Sequence record: DRR723986_638
Length of the DNA stretch: 57,169 nt
Direction: 5' to 3' (one strand)
The translations under genes were made by a program, and so were the position numbers. A model generated the notes under the pieces. That model ran no database searches. It was not told where the DNA came from and saw nothing but the letters and a program-made list of their open reading frames with translations. Positions within the stretch are counted from its first letter, which is position 1. Each line of letters begins with the position of its first letter. This document shows, one piece after another, positions 56,727 to 57,169 of this stretch.

Positions 56727-56777
56727 TGTTAACAGGCCCTAGTTCGCAACTATTGCGAGGGTGGTAATGAGGGTATA

Positions 56778-56812
56778 AAAAAAGGGCGACTGCTAAGCAG
56801 TCGCCCTTTTTT
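56778..56812. terminator. Bidirectional intrinsic terminator
   Basis: AAAAAAGGGCGACTGCT-A-AGCAGTCGCCCTTTTTT perfect inverted repeat between convergent genes. Confidence 0.92.
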
Positions 56813-56826
56813 CATTGCTTCAGAAC

Positions 56827-57169
56827 TTAGCTGAACGCTTTGATGATATTGCTCAGCATTTCTTTGGCGTCGCCGAACAACATCCGCGTGTTCTCTTTGA
56901 AGAACAGTGGGTTGTCGATGCCGGCAAAACCGGAAGCCATAGAACGCTTCATAACAAATACGTTGCGCGCCATGTCGACGTTGATAACAGGCATGCCGTA
57001 GATCGGGCTACCTTCCATCTCGCGAGCAGCGGGGTTAACCACGTCGTTCGCACCGATAACGATGGCAACATCGAAGGTTTCCATACGTGGGTTAACGGCG
57101 TCCATTTCAAGAAGCAAGTCGTAAGAGACATCCGCCTCGGCCAGCAGCACGTTCATGTGGCCAGGCATA
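56827..57169 (-). CDS. pntB: NAD(P) transhydrogenase beta subunit, 3' portion
   Basis: [43 protein letters not shown] and MLFGDAK motifs. Confidence 0.95.
   Translation of the reverse strand, partial: MPGHMNVLLAEADVSYDLLLEMDAVNPRMETFDVAIVIGANDVVNPAAREMEGSPIYGMPVINVDMARNVFVMKRSMASGFAGIDNPLFFKENTRMLFGDAKEMLSNIIKAFS

Overview
A 57-kb chromosomal window, probably from a marine gammaproteobacterium (gene content suggests Cellvibrionales; this is inference). It has four parts. (1) 1-7.4 kb: an acyl-CoA/lipid catabolic cluster with an SCP-x-type thiolase-like protein plus DUF35 OB-fold partner, a FadE26/27-like ACAD pair, a TesB-like thioesterase and an acyl-CoA synthetase. (2) 7.5-17 kb: a translationally coupled operon of TonB-dependent receptor, YfiR and HAMP histidine kinase, then a Cys-rich outer-membrane barrel, an SDR, a LuxR-type regulator, an AlgP-like histone-like protein, DUF1244 and dinB with a LexA box. 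(3) 17-55.6 kb: a contiguous Pseudomonas/Vibrio-type polar flagellar cluster (flgNMA, flgB-L, fliC-flaG-fliDST, fleQ, fleR-like, fliE-R, flhBAF, fleN, fliA, DUF2802, flhB-like, second fliK-like). (4) 55.7-57.2 kb: gpx, an ohrR/ospR-like regulator and the 3' end of pntB. The flagellar cluster appears to have lost its signal inputs. There are no che genes at either usual position, the FliM CheY-binding helix is degenerate, FleQ lacks its N-terminal domain and most c-di-GMP motifs, and FleR lacks its receiver domain. The fleS slot holds an unannotated 58-aa ORF that a one-base slip in a G7 tract would fuse to the activator. The sigma54 and sigma28 promoters, IHF-like sites and FleQ-like boxes can be read directly, with conserved spacing. 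No rRNA, tRNA, IS element, prophage or CRISPR array was recognised.
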